Source: Nitrospirae bacterium MYbin3
GTDB taxonomy: Bacteria; Nitrospirota; Thermodesulfovibrionia; Thermodesulfovibrionales; Dissulfurispiraceae
Reading direction: 5' to 3'
Assembly: GCA_002753335.1 (NCBI GenBank)
Contig: PEAD01000005.1
Coordinates: 62,001-126,000, forward strand
DNA length: 64,000 bases
Shown: one piece after another, positions 30,037 to 39,304 of the stretch
How the letters are laid out: each line of letters begins with the position of its first letter
How positions within the stretch are numbered: the first letter of the stretch is position 1
Notes under the pieces: model-generated
Seen by the model: only the letters and a program-made list of their open reading frames with translations
Told to the model about the DNA's origin: nothing
Database searches by the model: none
Made by a program: the position numbers and the translations under genes

Positions 30037-30067
30037 GGCTTAAGTCCATGACGGAGGCACAAGCCGA

Positions 30068-31144
30068 GTGATGTGGATCTGGATAGCATTCATAGCGTTT
30101 GTCCTGCTGATGCTGGCACTGGACTTGGGCGTCTTTCACCGCAAAGCCCACGTCGTCAGCGTTAAGGAGGCCCTCGCTTGGTCGGCCGTGTGGCTAGCCA
30201 TGGGGTTGTCGTTTGCCGTTTTCGTGTACTTCGCCTACGACGGCCAGTGGTTCGGCTTTGGCACCAAGGTGGACGCCGTCGATGGGCTGACGAACGACGG
30301 CGCAACGGCAACGGAGAAGTACCTGACCGGCTACGTCGTCGAGAAGTCCCTCAGCGTAGACAACATCTTCGTGATCGCGATGATCTTCGGCTTCTTCGCG
30401 GTGCCGCCGCTCTACCAGCACCGCGTGCTGTTCTGGGGCATCCTTGGCGCTCTGGTCCTGCGAGGTGCAATGATCGGTATCGGCGCAAGGCTGATCGCCG
30501 AGTTCCACTGGATTCTGTACCTCTTCGCCGTCTTCTTGATCCTGACGGCAATCAAGATGCTCTTTCTCAAGACGGATCACACCGATCCTAACAAGAACAT
30601 CGTCGTCCGACTGACGCGCCGCTTGTTACCGGTGACAGCCATGTTCCACGGCGAGCACTTTGTCGTTCGCGCCGGTGCACCAGCATCGTTTGAGGGCGAG
30701 GTCCCCGGTGCGCCCAAGGTCATGGATGAGGTTGTGGACAAGGCTCGGCCTGGAACTTTGCTCCTCACGCCTCTGGCACTGGCGCTCGTCATGGTCGAGA
30801 CGTCCGATGTGATCTTCGCCGTCGACTCAATCCCGGCCATCTTTGCCATAACGGCCGACCCGTTCCTGGTGTTCACCAGCAACGTGTTCGCGATTCTCGG
30901 TCTGCGATCGCTCTACTTCGCCCTGGCCGGCATGGTGAACAAGTTCCGATACCTCAAGGTCTCGCTTGCACTAGTGCTGCTGGTGGTAGGCGTGAAGATG
31001 TTGCTTGCCGAGTGGCTGAAACTCGCCCTCGGAAAGCACTTCAACTTGTACTTACTGACTGTGATCCTCTTGATCCTGGCAGCGGGCGTGGCCACATCAA
31101 TACTGGCGGAGCGTCGTCGCACGAGCCGCCTAACAAGCCGATGA
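30068..31144 (+). CDS. TerC/Alx family membrane protein (cassette 2)
   Basis: LALDLGVFHRK, EKSLSVDNIF, YQHRVLFWG, DVIFAVDSIPA, SNVFAILGLRSLYF; visibly GC-rich. Confidence 0.92.
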   Translation: MMWIWIAFIAFVLLMLALDLGVFHRKAHVVSVKEALAWSAVWLAMGLSFAVFVYFAYDGQWFGFGTKVDAVDGLTNDGATATEKYLTGYVVEKSLSVDNIFVIAMIFGFFAVPPLYQHRVLFWGILGALVLRGAMIGIGARLIAEFHWILYLFAVFLILTAIKMLFLKTDHTDPNKNIVVRLTRRLLPVTAMFHGEHFVVRAGAPASFEGEVPGAPKVMDEVVDKARPGTLLLTPLALALVMVETSDVIFAVDSIPAIFAITADPFLVFTSNVFAILGLRSLYFALAGMVNKFRYLKVSLALVLLVVGVKMLLAEWLKLALGKHFNLYLLTVILLILAAGVATSILAERRRTSRLTSR

Positions 31145-31193
31145 AGCTGACGGTCGCCTGCGGCGCCCGCAGCTTAGCGGCCAGTCGTTGGAA
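31128..31193 (+). other. attC site 2
   Basis: GCCTAAC aagcc GATGAAGCTGACGGTCGCC..GGCGCCCGCAGCTTAGC ggccagtc GTTGGAA. Confidence 0.9.
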
Positions 31194-31228
31194 CAATAAG
31201 ACGAAAGGAGGATAGCATACAGTAAAAC

Positions 31229-31268
31229 TTATCGGACGTAGTTGATGAAGGCCAATAGTCAGTTAGAC
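31229..31268 (+). other. Internal XerC-arm-like motif plus attI-like simple site
   Basis: TTATCGGACGT-N10-GGCCAAT-AGTCA-GTTAGAC. Confidence 0.45.
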
Positions 31269-31285
31269 CAAAACCTAAAGAGGAG

Positions 31286-31786
31286 TTGACCATGTCAAAC
31301 GACAAGTACACATCAATAGTGAACCTTGACTTCCAGTACGCACACAGGTTTATGAAATGGCCGAGAGAAGCAAAGCACCTTCACGGGCACTCAGGGCTTC
31401 TAACCATTGAACTTGAAGACACCGTGGACTCGGTAACGGGATTTGCACACGCCTGTAAAGATGGATTCAAGAAGGCATGGGAAGTATGTGACCATTTCCA
31501 CCATGCAACATTGTTTCAAGAAGGTGATCCGCTTCTTGATGCGGTTATTGCTGTATACAAAAAGGAAGGCATTAATAACGACCCAGCGCATTGTGTTCCT
31601 CTCAAAAAGATAGACCACGCACTTGCTTGGTCATACCCAGAATACAGAATAGTTGTGACCAAAAAAGTGTCTACTTGCGAGAATCTCTGCGAGCTTTTCT
31701 ACGAACTTCTCAAAAACAAGATGCCTATTAAGAAGATTACTTTTCGCTCCTCTTCTATGAATGCAGCAACAAAAACGTTCAAGTAA
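31286..31786 (+). CDS. QueD/6-pyruvoyl-tetrahydropterin synthase-like T-fold protein (cassette 3)
   Basis: FQYAHRF...EAKHLHGHSG, F.HA, STCENL; ATG 31292 after the GAGGAG SD is the likely start. Confidence 0.78.
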   Translation: MTMSNDKYTSIVNLDFQYAHRFMKWPREAKHLHGHSGLLTIELEDTVDSVTGFAHACKDGFKKAWEVCDHFHHATLFQEGDPLLDAVIAVYKKEGINNDPAHCVPLKKIDHALAWSYPEYRIVVTKKVSTCENLCELFYELLKNKMPIKKITFRSSSMNAATKTFK

Positions 31787-31800
31787 GAGCCGAAATAGTG

Positions 31801-31860
31801 TGCCAACAAGAGGGTGCAGGCGACGGGCTACCCGCCCGCGCCTGACCCTGGGCGTTAGCT
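31801..31860 (+). other. attC site 3
   Basis: TGCCAAC aagag GGTGCAGGCGACGGGC..GCCCGCGCCTGACCC tgggc GTTAGCT. Confidence 0.9.
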
Positions 31861-32002
31861 CACTTTCCTATTGACAGGCAATTCTTACTTTTAGCTGTCC
31901 TGCTTTTTTAATGGTTTGCAGAAGCTATACGTAACATTATTTACTCTTATACTTTCACGCACAAGCTGTGCCGGTTACAATTTACCGCTATCGCTGAAGA
32001 TT

Positions 32003-33232
32003 TTACCGCTCTAAATCCTGCGGCCTTTTGAGGAACGAAGCAAGCACAATAGCCAGAGCAGTGCATGCTGCCGTTAGATAAAAACCTGACGAGAAGCTTC
32101 CTGTCATCTCTGCCAATGCGCCTGCTACTGCAGGGCCCGAAACCTGTCCCAATCCGAATATGAATGTCACAAAACCAAAAGCGGCAGTAGCTTGCGCAGC
32201 GCCGAAATAATCACCTGCCGCAGCGCCCATTATCGAAGGAATGCTCCACGCAACTATACCAAACAGCGCTACTGACAGATATAGGTATATTCCGGGCAGG
32301 CCTGATGCAGCCAAGAGATAAGAAAATGTCTGCAGCATAAAAACAATTATGAGACCCCATTTTCTGCCAAGCCAATCCGATATCCGGCCAAATACCGGCC
32401 CCGAAAAAAGGCCGCAAAAACCTATCCATGCCCAGAATTCACCTGCGACAGACTCGCTAAAACCCCTCTCTCTTACGAGCGAGGTTACGATAAAGGTTAC
32501 ATAAACAACATAGGTGAATCCGAAAAGAAAGTATATGACTCCCAGATGATATATAACAGGCTTCAGATATATGCTCACTTTAAGGTCTTTTATACCGACC
32601 TGTTCTGATGAGGAATCAGGCTCGTAACCAAGAGGAATAAGCCCTTTATCTTTGGGGCTGTTCCTAAGAATAGCAAGAACCACCAGAGACAAAAAAAGTG
32701 TTGTTACGCTGAGCAATATCCAGCTTGCGCGCCACCCTTCATCACCCACCGCGTTGTTCATGTACGGCACAACCCTGCCCGAAAGCATAATCGCAAAACC
32801 GCTGCCGATAACCACGAAGCCGTGGGCTATCCCCCTTTTTTTCTTGGCCACCCATGTTGAGATAAGGCCGACCATAGGCACATTTACGGCTCCGCTCCCT
32901 ATTCCTGTAATGGTGTATGCCACAAGAGAAGCGGCAAAAGATGATGACGAAGCTATAAAAAGCATCGAGCTTCCGATAAGCAGAAGGGCATACACAATGG
33001 TGCGCCTTGCCCCAAGCCTCGCAGAAACATACCCGCTTGCAATAACAGAAATAAGGTAGCCAAAAAAATTTCCTGTGCTTAAAAACCCCATCTCTGAATA
33101 GGTGAGCTTCAATGCAGAGGACATAGAAGGAAGCAGCATGCCGAAAGCAAAACGGGCCAGCCCCAGACAGGAAAATATGCAGAGCATTCCCGCAAACACA
33201 ATCAGCCAACCGTAATGGAATCTAGGCTTCAT
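32003..33232 (-). CDS. MFS transporter (YbfB/YjiJ-like)
   Basis: GLARFAFGMLLPSM, about 12 TM, GRISDWLGRK. Confidence 0.85.
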   Translation of the reverse strand: MKPRFHYGWLIVFAGMLCIFSCLGLARFAFGMLLPSMSSALKLTYSEMGFLSTGNFFGYLISVIASGYVSARLGARRTIVYALLLIGSSMLFIASSSSFAASLVAYTITGIGSGAVNVPMVGLISTWVAKKKRGIAHGFVVIGSGFAIMLSGRVVPYMNNAVGDEGWRASWILLSVTTLFLSLVVLAILRNSPKDKGLIPLGYEPDSSSEQVGIKDLKVSIYLKPVIYHLGVIYFLFGFTYVVYVTFIVTSLVRERGFSESVAGEFWAWIGFCGLFSGPVFGRISDWLGRKWGLIIVFMLQTFSYLLAASGLPGIYLYLSVALFGIVAWSIPSIMGAAAGDYFGAAQATAAFGFVTFIFGLGQVSGPAVAGALAEMTGSFSSGFYLTAACTALAIVLASFLKRPQDLER

Positions 33233-33834
33233 TTAGAAACCAAATCCCTGTCTTCAATCGCAAGCCCGTTAATGTAATATCGCAGATATACATTGTCCCT
33301 CTCTGCATCAAAAATCCTGGCAGCAAAACGACGTCCGCCTTCCCTGTCGCCCTCCTTATAGTAAGCAACCACAGCCTCTTTAAGTATGAAATCTCTTTGA
33401 GGGTATCCATCTGGCAGTGCAGAAATGATATTATCATATTCTGCAAGATTGTTTTCCTGTCTATATATTATTCGCAAAAGCTCAAAAGCATCTATTTCTA
33501 ACTGTTCGAGCCTAGTAAGTGAACCGTCAACAACATCCTTTATAACCCTTCTTGCATGTGAGGTATAGTTGTTTGCATAGAGAGCCTCGCCGAGTTCTAT
33601 ACGTTTATTCAACCCAGGATTCGCTGCTACAAAATCTGATATAAAACGTTCGATATTCGCATTGGACTCTTCTTTGCTATTATTTGTAGTGCTTTTATTC
33701 TCTATGCCGCGTATATCTTCGGATATCTTCTCCCTTCCGGACAATCTTGATCTTTCATCAAACCGAGTTATAACTAAAAAAATACAGGCAAAAAAAATAG
33801 ATACTAGAAATACAACTGTAATTTTCTTTATCAC
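33229..33834 (-). CDS. Hypothetical membrane-anchored helical (TPR-like) protein
   Basis: N-terminal TM, helical composition; ATGA overlap with the MFS gene. Confidence 0.55.
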   Translation of the reverse strand: MIKKITVVFLVSIFFACIFLVITRFDERSRLSGREKISEDIRGIENKSTTNNSKEESNANIERFISDFVAANPGLNKRIELGEALYANNYTSHARRVIKDVVDGSLTRLEQLEIDAFELLRIIYRQENNLAEYDNIISALPDGYPQRDFILKEAVVAYYKEGDREGGRRFAARIFDAERDNVYLRYYINGLAIEDRDLVSK

Positions 33835-33852
33835 AAGATGGTTATATACAGA

Positions 33853-35619
33853 TCAGTATGCCCCTGCATTTCTGCAGACATAATACCTGAGATTTCCGTT
33901 GTAATCGCCAACAGACAGTTCAACAGCCCCATTTCTGAATTTAGCTGATGGAGAGCTGTGCTCTTGAACCAGAATCCCAGGAATAGTATCGTACCTTTTA
34001 AAAACCGACAACTTTCCTGATGTCAGCCTTGAGATGAACACCTGAAGCCTTCCGTCCTGCTGTCCGACCACCAAGAAAACATCGCTGCCGTCAGAATAAA
34101 CTGAAGGTGATGCAAACCTTTGCACCGTAACATTTTCAAATACTGAATCTATTCGCTCCCATTCCGGCAGCCCATTTGATGAACCAACAATCTTAAAGCC
34201 ATGCACGTATCCATCTCCGTCTCCCACTATTAACTCCCATTTGCCATCTCCATCAATATCAAACAGAGTTGGAGCCGCATGCATTATTTTGGGGATGCCC
34301 TTAAAAAAGCCTTTCCCCTCGATCCAATCAGGAGAATCATCGCTCCCTCTGTTATAAAAGACCCTGAGTATTCCATCCTGCTGGCCGGTTATTAAAACAG
34401 TTGCATTACCCCATTCGGCAAGAATTCCCTTAGAAAAGCCTGACAGCTTAATACCTTTAAAATATCCGGTCTTCTCTATCCACGGCACTACTTTTTTTGA
34501 TCCGTCGTACTCATACAAAGACAGATCTCCGGATATATTGCCTAGAACTATATAGGATCTGTTCTTTAAATCATTCACCGAAGGAGAGAGTGCAGCCCCG
34601 GAAAAAATCCGTCCCTGAAGAAAATTGCTGGTCGGCTTCCAATTCATATAGGTTCCGCTGTTGTTTTTAAAATAATGGAACTCCCCGCTTCCATCCGTAA
34701 GAACCAGATCTTTTGCTCCGTTGTCTCCTTCTATAAAAGCTGGCGCCGCAAAACTCGCAGTGGATATGCCGAGAGATTTTCTACCTCCGAATATCCTTGC
34801 CCTGCTTGGCTTTTCGAGCGAATAAACCTTGCCCATACTGTTGCCCACTATAATAAAAACAGATCCATCCCTTGCTGCCGCAGCAGGAGCAGCGTAGGTT
34901 CCTGCATTTATATTTTTAAAATAACCGTTCTCTTTTTTGAAATGAATCTTTCCGTTAAATGATTCATTTATGAATGCGAATAGCCTTCCTTCCGAATTTC
35001 CGGCAACAATATCCAGATGCCCGTCATTATTAAGATCAACCAGCGCAGGTACCGCATCATTGCCTATGCTGATTTCTTTAGCATCTGCTTTCACCCATGC
35101 AGGCTTAGACGCGGTTCCATTATTTTTGTAAATATAGATCTTGCCCGATTCTGAAGAAAAGCCCCCTGTGCCCAAAACAACTTCGGCGATGCCGTCACCA
35201 TCAATGTCACCGATTGCAGGGGATGAAAACGCGGTAGCCTTTATAGCAGAAAAATATCCCTCAACAACTCTCCATTCACGTTTCCCTGCGGTTCCGGAAT
35301 TTTTGAATAAAAGAAGATTGCCCTCTTTACCTCCTACCACCATCTCCTCAATACCGTCGCCGTCAAAATCATAAAAAGCGAGCCGTGCAAAAGGGGTTGC
35401 ATCAACACCGCTAGCATTGAACATCTTGGAGCTCTCGTCATCGCATTTCAAAGAGAGAATTTTATAAGGTTTAGCTTGAGGCTTAGGAGCAGAGATGTCA
35501 GGTTTAATATCGGGAATCTGCTTTTCTGCAACAGGCAGCTCCACAATCTGTTCTTTAGGAGTCGCGCAAGAAACAAGAAGCAACAGAGAGAATAAAACTA
35601 TGAATATTTTTCTTTTCAT
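33853..35619 (-). CDS. FG-GAP/VCBS-repeat lipoprotein
   Basis: Lipobox LVSC; repeats DFDGDG, DIDGDG, DLNNDG, DIDGDG; about 10 P-x-(D)...G...G units. Confidence 0.8.
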   Translation of the reverse strand: MKRKIFIVLFSLLLLVSCATPKEQIVELPVAEKQIPDIKPDISAPKPQAKPYKILSLKCDDESSKMFNASGVDATPFARLAFYDFDGDGIEEMVVGGKEGNLLLFKNSGTAGKREWRVVEGYFSAIKATAFSSPAIGDIDGDGIAEVVLGTGGFSSESGKIYIYKNNGTASKPAWVKADAKEISIGNDAVPALVDLNNDGHLDIVAGNSEGRLFAFINESFNGKIHFKKENGYFKNINAGTYAAPAAAARDGSVFIIVGNSMGKVYSLEKPSRARIFGGRKSLGISTASFAAPAFIEGDNGAKDLVLTDGSGEFHYFKNNSGTYMNWKPTSNFLQGRIFSGAALSPSVNDLKNRSYIVLGNISGDLSLYEYDGSKKVVPWIEKTGYFKGIKLSGFSKGILAEWGNATVLITGQQDGILRVFYNRGSDDSPDWIEGKGFFKGIPKIMHAAPTLFDIDGDGKWELIVGDGDGYVHGFKIVGSSNGLPEWERIDSVFENVTVQRFASPSVYSDGSDVFLVVGQQDGRLQVFISRLTSGKLSVFKRYDTIPGILVQEHSSPSAKFRNGAVELSVGDYNGNLRYYVCRNAGAY

Positions 35620-35622
35620 GGT

Positions 35623-35659
35623 AAAAAAAAAAGACTGGCCGCCTTACGGCAGCCAGTCT
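35623..35659 (-). terminator. Intrinsic terminator downstream of the OmpA-family gene
   Basis: AGACTGGCTGCCGTAAGGCGGCCAGTC followed by T10 on the minus strand. Confidence 0.85.
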
Positions 35660-35669
35660 GAATGAGCAT

Positions 35670-36674
35670 CTATTTTACTATAACTTCGAAATGTACCCTT
35701 CTATTAGCCTTTGCTTCCTTTGAGTTCTTATTGCCAGCAGTAGGAACCTCAGGCATAGCAAGACGCTTCTCTCCGTAGCTTATTGTGCTGAGTCTTTTTG
35801 CGTCGATTCCGGACTTAACCAGATACTCTTTTACAGCATTTGCCCTGCGTTCGCTAAGAGCATCGTTGTGAGCATCTGTTCCGTGAGCGCAGGCATGGCC
35901 TTCGATCTGAACACCGATACCGGAATTAGCTTTAATCTTTGCGGCATTCTCATCAAGTATCTTCTTTGCTTCTTTGGTCAAAGTGGCCTTATCAAAATCA
36001 AAATGTATATCTTCGAGCACAACCTTTACAGGCGCTGCATATTTAGGTTTCTGGGCAGCTAACTCCATAGTTTCCTGTTTGGGAGCAGGCCTCGGCTCAG
36101 GTTTTGGCTCGATTTTTTTGGGTTCGGGCTTAGGTTCTGCCTTCTGCACTACGGCGGTGGGTTCAGCAGCCTTCTGAACCTTCTGTGACTGGGACATCTT
36201 TCCACCAAGAGCAAACACCAAGCCTGCGGTGGTTGCAAAGCCTGAATGCTTTTCCATTATTCCTTTAGCATCAACCCTTAAGCCAACATAGTCGTTAAAA
36301 AAGTACTTAAAACCTACTCCATGCTCTTCCATTATCTTGTTGTATTTTGTGCCGTCATTTGACTTCTTGTGCGCCGACCCCACTCCGGCCATAATAAATG
36401 GATTAAATGCCTTTTCGGGCATAAAGTGATAAAGCACATCGCCATGGTAAAGATTAGCGCGAGACTTTACGTAGTCTGTCGCAAGCTGAACTCCCCAGTT
36501 TTTGGTTATGTTATAGCCCAAACCAAGACCTAATCCTCCCCTGTTTGTGTCGTGCAGCTTGTAGTAGCCTGCATAAGGATTGATTTCAAAAGAACCTTCC
36601 CTTATTTCTGCAGACGACAAAGCAGGCAACACAACAACCAGAGATAAGGCAACGACAACTAAAAACTTTTTCAT
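35670..36674 (-). CDS. OmpA/OprF-like outer membrane protein
   Basis: Signal peptide, beta-barrel-like N-terminus, Pro-rich linker, IHFDFDK, LSERRANAV, NRRV. Confidence 0.88.
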   Translation of the reverse strand: MKKFLVVVALSLVVVLPALSSAEIREGSFEINPYAGYYKLHDTNRGGLGLGLGYNITKNWGVQLATDYVKSRANLYHGDVLYHFMPEKAFNPFIMAGVGSAHKKSNDGTKYNKIMEEHGVGFKYFFNDYVGLRVDAKGIMEKHSGFATTAGLVFALGGKMSQSQKVQKAAEPTAVVQKAEPKPEPKKIEPKPEPRPAPKQETMELAAQKPKYAAPVKVVLEDIHFDFDKATLTKEAKKILDENAAKIKANSGIGVQIEGHACAHGTDAHNDALSERRANAVKEYLVKSGIDAKRLSTISYGEKRLAMPEVPTAGNKNSKEAKANRRVHFEVIVK

Positions 36675-36745
36675 TACAGCCTCCCGTTAATTTTATATAT
36701 AGCTAAACTTGTTTTGTTATTATACACCCCTAACTTTAAAAAAAC

Positions 36746-36785
36746 AAAAAGAGGAACAACAGCAATTTAGTGTTGTTCCTCTTTT
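36746..36785 (-). terminator. Intrinsic terminator downstream of prpE
   Basis: AAAAAGAGGAACAACA...TGTTGTTCCTCTTTT. Confidence 0.75.
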
Positions 36786-36797
36786 CAAATTCAACTA

Positions 36798-38696
36798 TCA
36801 GCTTTTCTTCGCGTATCCAATGCTTTTCAAAGCAACTTCTATTTCACCCAATATTGCAGGATCGTCAATAGTAGAGGGCATACTGTATTTTTCACCGTCA
36901 GCTATCTTGCGCATGGTGCCTCTCAATATCTTTCCAGAACGGGTCTTCGGAAGCCGCGCCACAACAGCCGTTTCCTTGTAGCAGGCAAGAGGCCCGATCT
37001 CTTCTCTGATAAGACTCCTCAGCTCTGTCTTTATTTCGGCAGGCTCTCTGTTTGCTCCGGCCTTCAGCACAACAAGCCCAACAGGAAGCTGTCCCTTTAG
37101 TTCATCACCAGCACCTATTACAGCACACTCAGCAACATCAGGATGTGTTGCGAGTATCTCCTCCATCTCTCCGGTCGAAAGCCTGTGGCCAGCCACATTG
37201 ATTACATCGTCAACACGCCCCATAACAAATATGTATCCATCCTCGTCTTTGTTGCCGCCATCAGCAGTAAAATAATACCCCGGCAGAGGCTTTATGTATG
37301 ATTCGAGAAAACGGTCTTCTGCATTCCATAAGGTCGGCAGCGTTCCCGGAGGAAGGGGCAGCTTTACCGCCACAAGTCCTTCTTTATTGGCTTCAACCTC
37401 TTTCCCAGTCGTATCTAATATCCTGACATCAAACCCAGGTACAGGTTTTGTGGATGAGCCGGGTTTTATCTCGAACTGCTCTATGCCCATGCAGTTGGCC
37501 GTAATCGGCCAGCCGGTCTCGGTCTGCCACCAATGGTCTATAACAGGCTTCTTAAGCAGATTATGCGCCCAGTGGTAAGTGTCAGGGTCAAGCCGCTCTC
37601 CTGCAAGGAAAAGATATTTGAACTTCGACAGATCATATTTCCCTATATACTCTCCTTTAGGATCCTCTTTCTTAATGGCCCTGAAGGCGGTTGGCGCCGT
37701 AAACATGGTCTTGACACCGTGCTGAGATATGACTCTCCAGAATGCTCCGGGGTCGGGCGTCATTATGGGCTTGCCTTCGTAAAGCACCGTTGTACATCCT
37801 GTCAGCAAGGGAGCGTAAACTATATATGAATGCCCTACAACCCAGCCCACATCCGAGGCAGACCAGAATATGTCTCCAGGGTTGATGTCGTAAATGTTCG
37901 GCATGCTCCATCTCAATGCAACCGCATGTCCGCCGTTGTCTCTTACTATTCCTTTAGGCTTGCCGGTCGTCCCTGATGTGTAGAGTATATAAAGAGGGTC
38001 TGTGGCCTTTACAGGTACGCATTCCGCAGGCTGTGCCTTCTTCATAAGTTCATCCCAGTCATAGTCGCGTCCATCAACCATAGGGGCTTTAACCAAAGCC
38101 CTCTGGAGTATTACGCATTTGGAAGGCTTATGATTGGCAAGGCTCAATGCCTTGTCGAGCATTGGTTTGTACTCGATAAGTTTTGCAACCTCCAACGCCC
38201 CTGATGCAGAAATTATTACGTCAGGTTTTGCATCGTCAATCCTTATAGCAAGCTCATGAGGCGCGAACCCGCCAAAAACAACAGAATGCACCGCTCCCAA
38301 GCGGGCGCATGCAAGCATAGCAACAGCTGCCTGCGGGACCATCGGCATATAGATAATTACGGTATCGCCTTTTTTTACTCCAAGGTTTTTAAGTACCCCC
38401 GCAAACTTGGATACCATTTCCAAAAGCTCGCGGTATGTGAATTTCTGTATGGTATTTGTTACAGGACTGTCGTAGATTATAGCGGTCTGATCACCCCTTC
38501 CAGCCTCAACATGTCTGTCTATGGCGTTGTAGCAGGTGTTCAGCTCTCCGCCCTTGAACCATCTGTAAAATGGCGGATTGCTATCATCCAAAACCTTCTC
38601 CCACTTTTTATACCAGGTTATACCTTCTGCTGCCTCTCCCCAAAAACCATTAGGATCCTTGATGCTTCTTTGATAAATCTCCTCGTACCTTCCCAC
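36798..38696 (-). CDS. prpE: Propionyl-CoA synthetase
   Basis: YILYTSGTTGKPKG, DHWWQTETGW, LPKTRSGKILR; in the prp cluster. Confidence 0.88.
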   Translation of the reverse strand: MGRYEEIYQRSIKDPNGFWGEAAEGITWYKKWEKVLDDSNPPFYRWFKGGELNTCYNAIDRHVEAGRGDQTAIIYDSPVTNTIQKFTYRELLEMVSKFAGVLKNLGVKKGDTVIIYMPMVPQAAVAMLACARLGAVHSVVFGGFAPHELAIRIDDAKPDVIISASGALEVAKLIEYKPMLDKALSLANHKPSKCVILQRALVKAPMVDGRDYDWDELMKKAQPAECVPVKATDPLYILYTSGTTGKPKGIVRDNGGHAVALRWSMPNIYDINPGDIFWSASDVGWVVGHSYIVYAPLLTGCTTVLYEGKPIMTPDPGAFWRVISQHGVKTMFTAPTAFRAIKKEDPKGEYIGKYDLSKFKYLFLAGERLDPDTYHWAHNLLKKPVIDHWWQTETGWPITANCMGIEQFEIKPGSSTKPVPGFDVRILDTTGKEVEANKEGLVAVKLPLPPGTLPTLWNAEDRFLESYIKPLPGYYFTADGGNKDEDGYIFVMGRVDDVINVAGHRLSTGEMEEILATHPDVAECAVIGAGDELKGQLPVGLVVLKAGANREPAEIKTELRSLIREEIGPLACYKETAVVARLPKTRSGKILRGTMRKIADGEKYSMPSTIDDPAILGEIEVALKSIGYAKKS

Positions 38697-38735
38697 TCGT
38701 CGCCTCCTCTATATTCTTAATTAAAAACCTACTGT

Positions 38736-39242
38736 TTATGCCTCGCGTAAAATCTTCATTGTCTTTTTATCGTCTGCGGTTTTGAAAACACATGTAGCTG
38801 TCTTGCCGGAGCTGGTCGTGGAATAAAAATAATAGATATTTATGCCGGCATCAGCGATAAGCTTGGATATGACTTTCAAAGAGCCCACTTTATTAGGGGT
38901 CTCGACCAGCACAATAGACGATTCCTGTATATCGGTCGCCCCGATTTTTTCAAGCGCCCTTTCAGCACGAACAAGATCATCAACTATCAAAGTGAAGGTT
39001 GCCATCCTGCGCATCTCACTTGCCGAATATCCGGTAGCAGCAAGAATATTAACATTCTCGGCTGCGATAGCTGCAGCAACCTTTGCTGTCAGCCCCGTGC
39101 TGTCAGGAAAAGTGGCCGTAATCTCTTTTCCTGTTTTAACCGTAAATCCTATCTTCGCCTTCTTTGCAGCCGCCTTTTTTACCGTTTTGACTGTGGCAGC
39201 CTTTGTTTTTTTAACCACCGTTTTCTTAGTCGTCTTTGCCAT
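38736..39242 (-). CDS. Tandem ACT-domain protein with a Lys/Ala-rich N-terminal tail
   Basis: PDSTGL..V...IAAENVNILA; PNKVGSL..I...IADAGINI. Confidence 0.75.
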   Translation of the reverse strand: MAKTTKKTVVKKTKAATVKTVKKAAAKKAKIGFTVKTGKEITATFPDSTGLTAKVAAAIAAENVNILAATGYSASEMRRMATFTLIVDDLVRAERALEKIGATDIQESSIVLVETPNKVGSLKVISKLIADAGINIYYFYSTTSSGKTATCVFKTADDKKTMKILREA

Positions 39243-39304
39243 TTGTTACGACCTCCTCTTTACAACTTCAGTCATTATATCATATAGCCTGATGAAGCAT
39301 CAGG

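Larger units (their letters stand above)
29403..31860 (+). mobile_element. Integron gene-cassette array without a nearby integrase (CALIN-like), 3 cassettes
   Basis: Three attC sites each following one ORF; core and inverse-core pairs match; no intI ORF in the window. Confidence 0.88.

Noticed and set aside
30178..31215. Several overlapping ORFs in the TerC cassette
   Set aside because: Shadow ORFs caused by high GC; no motifs
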